Source: Cenococcum geophilum (Eukaryota). From it: 64,000 bases of DNA. The notes beneath the pieces are model-generated. The model was given only the letters and a program-made list of their open reading frames with translations. It had not been told where the DNA came from and ran no database searches. The stretch is from contig CP158636.1 in the NCBI GenBank assembly GCA_050273025.1, forward strand, positions 2,356,001-2,420,000, read 5' to 3'. This document shows positions 60,109 through 64,000 of the stretch, piece after piece (positions within the stretch are counted from its first letter, which is position 1; every line of letters begins with the position of its first letter). A program made the translations under genes and the position numbers.

Positions 60109-63100
60109 ATGTCATTACAAGTCGCTGTAGCCCATACGGGTGAGCGGCTTGATGCCGACCCCGTAACCTTCAGCTCCGTGGATGCGCTGCGGACCTGGAT
60201 ATCTAAAGCCACCCAAATACCACCTCAGGATCAGATTCTCTTGACGACTCGGAGCAAGCATGTCAAGCTGCAGGCACTCTTGACAGAGGTAACCCATTTT
60301 CACGTAAATTCGTGTGGACCTACTGACAAACACTGCAGAAAGAGATATTCGTCTACGACCGAGACCTATTCACTCTTTCGACCTCGCAATCCCCTGGATC
60401 CGTTATACCTCCCACCCCGATACCTGAGCCATTTACTCCCCAAAAACCCCCAGACACACTATCAAATCATACCGATCTAAAAGCATGGCAGATACTCTTC
60501 AAAGCCCGCCGAGACTGGGCTTTCGGTATCCTACAACAGGCTCAGTCGGTGTCAGGGATGGCTCAAAAATGCTTTGACGACCAAGCGACCATCGACAAAG
60601 GCTCTCGAATCGCAGTGGGCAACCATGACATGCACATTCGAAACCTCGAACAGAAGCACGCGGAGGCACAGAGTTGGTTTGAAGAAGTTTCGAAGGAGCA
60701 GGAGAGTAGCCTTCGGACATGGGAGCGGGACTTTTCCCAGCTAGGCTCCATACCGGCGAAAGAAGAGTTCTTACAATTCATGGCAAGAAGTGCGAAGCCG
60801 CCACAAAAAGCATATAAGAATTCACTAAACAGGGGGTTAACGCTCAAAGAATACTTGGATATGGAGGAGGTCAGGAGATCGGGTGCCGTAAGCCAAAGGG
60901 TAACAGAATCATTTAGCAATCGCATGGCAACCATGAAGTCTCAGATTGAAAGAATAGCGTCCGAATACAACGAGCTTCTGGGCGCTGTGGACCAAAGCCA
61001 GAGCCGATCAACCATAGAAGACAGCCAAGAGCCTATACGACTTCTCAACGAGATCGAGGCTGTCATCAAGAAAGTTGCCTCCGATTACGACCATGTCCTT
61101 AGCCTCCCCGCCAGTTCCAAGTCGGTTGCTCAGGTTTCGAAGATGGCTCTGCTACATACGCGTAATTACCTGCCGGCCATTTCAGAATACAACAGCGAGA
61201 TGAACGACCTCCTGCGGCGATCCATAGAGCAGAAGAACTCGTCAGTGAAGAATGCCGTCGAAAGCATGCGAACTATCGCCACTATCGAGTCTATAATATC
61301 TAACCTTAACTCAGAGCTCCAATCGCTTGATATTCCACCGGAGGGACTTGAAGCATTCGAATTGCTTAGCCTGGTATCAAGGTTACCCTTCGTATATGGA
61401 TCACTGCTAGTCGAAGCTGTACGCAGACGTGAATGGCTGGAAAAGATGAAAAAGGATTCTTCCGCTTTGGCAGAAGAGATGGCAGGTTTTCAGGAAGAGG
61501 AGGAACGACGAAGAAAGAGGTGGATAAAACCAATTGGTGACCTCGTTAACGTGGAGGCGGTCCAGGGAAATATGCTTGGCTTCGAGATGAACGTTCAGGG
61601 AGAAAAGCAGAACTGGCCGACCGTAACCCGCGAGGATCTCCAGGCATATCTCAGGGTCTTGCAAGGGTTGGAAGGATTTGAGTCTTCCGTCGAACCTTTA
61701 AGTCAGGCAATTAAGGACCTCGACAAACCTACCAGACAGCAAGTTAAAAGGGCAAAGAATTTTAAGATGGGCAGTGTCCACGAAGCCGCTTTTGGGAAAG
61801 CTACTTTGCTGCTCCGTGGTGATGATGAAACACGAGTCCTGAAGGAGGCTAACTCCAAGCTTGAGGAAGAGCTGAAGGGTTCTAGAAGTCGAGTTCGAAA
61901 ACTCGAAGACCTGCTACACCGACAGAGTCATATCAGCCGACTGTCAATTGGCAGTGGCTTCCAACCACAAGGCCTGCAGAGTCCTGCTGAACCATCTACG
62001 CCGGACCCTAGCATCAATGTGCCATCGCCACGACCCCATGATGATCTTTCTCGCCGGTCGTCAGTATCTTCTCGACGCTTTTCCGCAAACCAAGGCCCAG
62101 AGGAAAAAGCGCTTGCTCGTAGAATCCTAAAATTAGAGAACGAACTTACAGCTGAGAAGGAAGCCCGTGCGGCATTAGAGAAAGACACGCAGTCGAGAAA
62201 TGAAACAGACAACGACCTCAAACGTCAGATCGAAGAAGCGAATTCTACAAAGAAGGACCTCATGGAAAATATGGAAGCTCAACAGAAAGAATTCCTTGGC
62301 GAACGGAGATCTCTTGAAGAGAAAATTACTGAATATAAAATTAAGATTGAGGAAGCCGAAGATGAGCTGGATCGTATTCTAGGCAGTCGGGACAATGAGC
62401 GAACCGGCACAGATACAAAGATGCAAGACCTCCTTACAGAGCTGGAACATGTGCGTAAGGAAAATGCCGAGGAAATTGAGCGGGCTCAAAACCGAGTCAA
62501 AGAGCTAGAGAAAACCCTCCGGCAACGTGTGGAAGTTGATGCTCAGCAGCGAACATCTCTCGTTGCTGCCTATAGCCGTTTGGCACCCGAAGATACAGTT
62601 CCTGATGATCATTTCCAACTTTATACCAAGTTGGAGGACCTGGCTATGCGGTCAATGACCCATCTCAGAGAGCTGACACAAGCTGTAGCGGCGGCACAGT
62701 CCGAAAACAGTTCAATCCGGTCGCAAGTCGAGAAGAGAGAAAGCGACCTTGTCACCAAATTGGAGTCTCAAGAAGCAGAGACCTTCAGCTTGCGAGAGCA
62801 GCTAGATGCCGAAAAGGCTAAAGGAAGCTCTATCGCAGCAGAACTTAACGAAGAACGCGAACACCTCCGGGTTCTCCGAACCAAGTTTGCTGAAGGCGAA
62901 ACAGGCTCCGAAGCTTTGCGGCAGCGAGTCGCCGAAGAAGAAGCTAAAGTAGGCTTTCTGTCAGCCGAGCTTGCTCAATCTAAGTCCCATGCAAATAGCC
63001 TAGATGTCGAGCTCACCGCATTGCAGAAGAAATTCTCAAAGCATTCAGAGACAGACGCATCAAAGCTTCAACAGAGGTCTCTACGGGCTAAGGAATTGAG

Positions 63101-64000
63101 TCAACGACTCTACGCACAGCAAGATCGATTATTGCGGCTATTGGAGACCATGGGATTCTTGGTAGCCTACGAGGATGACACAATGATAGTTCAGCGAGCT
63201 TCGAAAGCTAGCGCTAGCACAACTCTACATGACCCATCTAACTCAATGAATCGCAGTACCACTACTCCTTCGCCTACGCCCTTGAAGAGACACCTGGAGG
63301 ACTTTGCAGATATTAGCTTCCTCCAATGGTCGGAGACTGACAATCTTGACGAAGAAACTCAGAAATACGCAGACTTGCTCAGCATCCTCGATCGTTTCAA
63401 CATCGAAATCTTCAGCGACTCAATCTCGAAGAGAATGCGTGACATGGAACACACTGCACGCAAATGGCAGAAGGAGGCTCGCGCATATCGTGATAAAGCA
63501 CACCGTGCACAAGGCGAGGCTCATGAAAAGATTGCGTTCCGGTCGTTCAAAGACGGCGATTTAGCACTCTTCTTACCCACGAGAAACCAAGCAACTCGGC
63601 CGTGGGCAGCCTTTAACGTTGGAGCTCCTCATTACTTCCTTCGTGAACAAGACTCCCACAAACTACACAATAAAGAATGGCTTGTCGCACGCATCTCAAA
63701 GGTAGAAGAACGCGTTGTTGACTTGTCGAAGACAATGGCTGGCGCTCGAATAAGCAGTGATGGCCGTTCTATTACCAGCGAAGGCGGCATATCATATGAA
63801 GACGACAATCCCTTCGAACTCTCCGACGGCCTGCGCTGGTACCTTCTTGATGCCGCGGAGGAAAAAGCCGGAGCACCATCAACTCCCGGCCTAGGAAAAA
63901 CAACTGTCGCGAGTGCCCACGTAGACGCCAGAGGCAGCATCAGAATGACAAAGAAATCAAGCGCCAACGATCCTACCAAAAGTCTTAACAAGAGCCTCGA
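60109..64000 (+). CDS. ATG11: Autophagy-related protein 11; exon 60109-60288, then exon from 60339 to beyond the window end
   Basis: N-terminal AHTGERL; long coiled coil; C-terminal KIAFRSFKDGDLALFLPTRNQATRPWAAFNVGAPHYFL...NPFELSDGLRWY. No stop before the window end. Confidence 0.95.

Overview
Filamentous ascomycete (Pezizomycotina-type) genomic DNA in two compartments. Bases 1 to ~47,700 are an AT-rich, RIP-mutated (TpA-rich; TGG>TAG, CAA>TAA, TGT>TAT) nest of dead transposons. It holds three copies of one Ty3/Gypsy chromovirus family (one partial, two full-length and head-to-head), a second chromovirus hosting them, a solo LTR, a gag-only LTR element, Copia-like gag remnants, a Helitron Rep-PIF1 element, a TA-flanked composite element with minisatellites and a piggyBac fragment, hAT-like MITEs, and a small split-direct-repeat element. 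A small island of broken host genes lies inside this block (patatin-like fragment; a membrane-protein gene split by ~16.6 kb). Bases ~47,800-64,000 are ordinary gene-rich DNA: a Ser/Thr-rich single-pass membrane protein, a PWWP-like/BTB-like protein, SEC11, NHP6, a CENP-H-like gene and ATG11 (runs off the end). The most notable observations are an intron-containing antisense Zn(II)2Cys6-like/coiled-coil gene carried by the Gypsy family, and a ~1.1 kb structured element with A1-X-B1-A2-B2 repeats and a recombinase-site-like junction. All protein calls are by eye from motifs; no searches were run.
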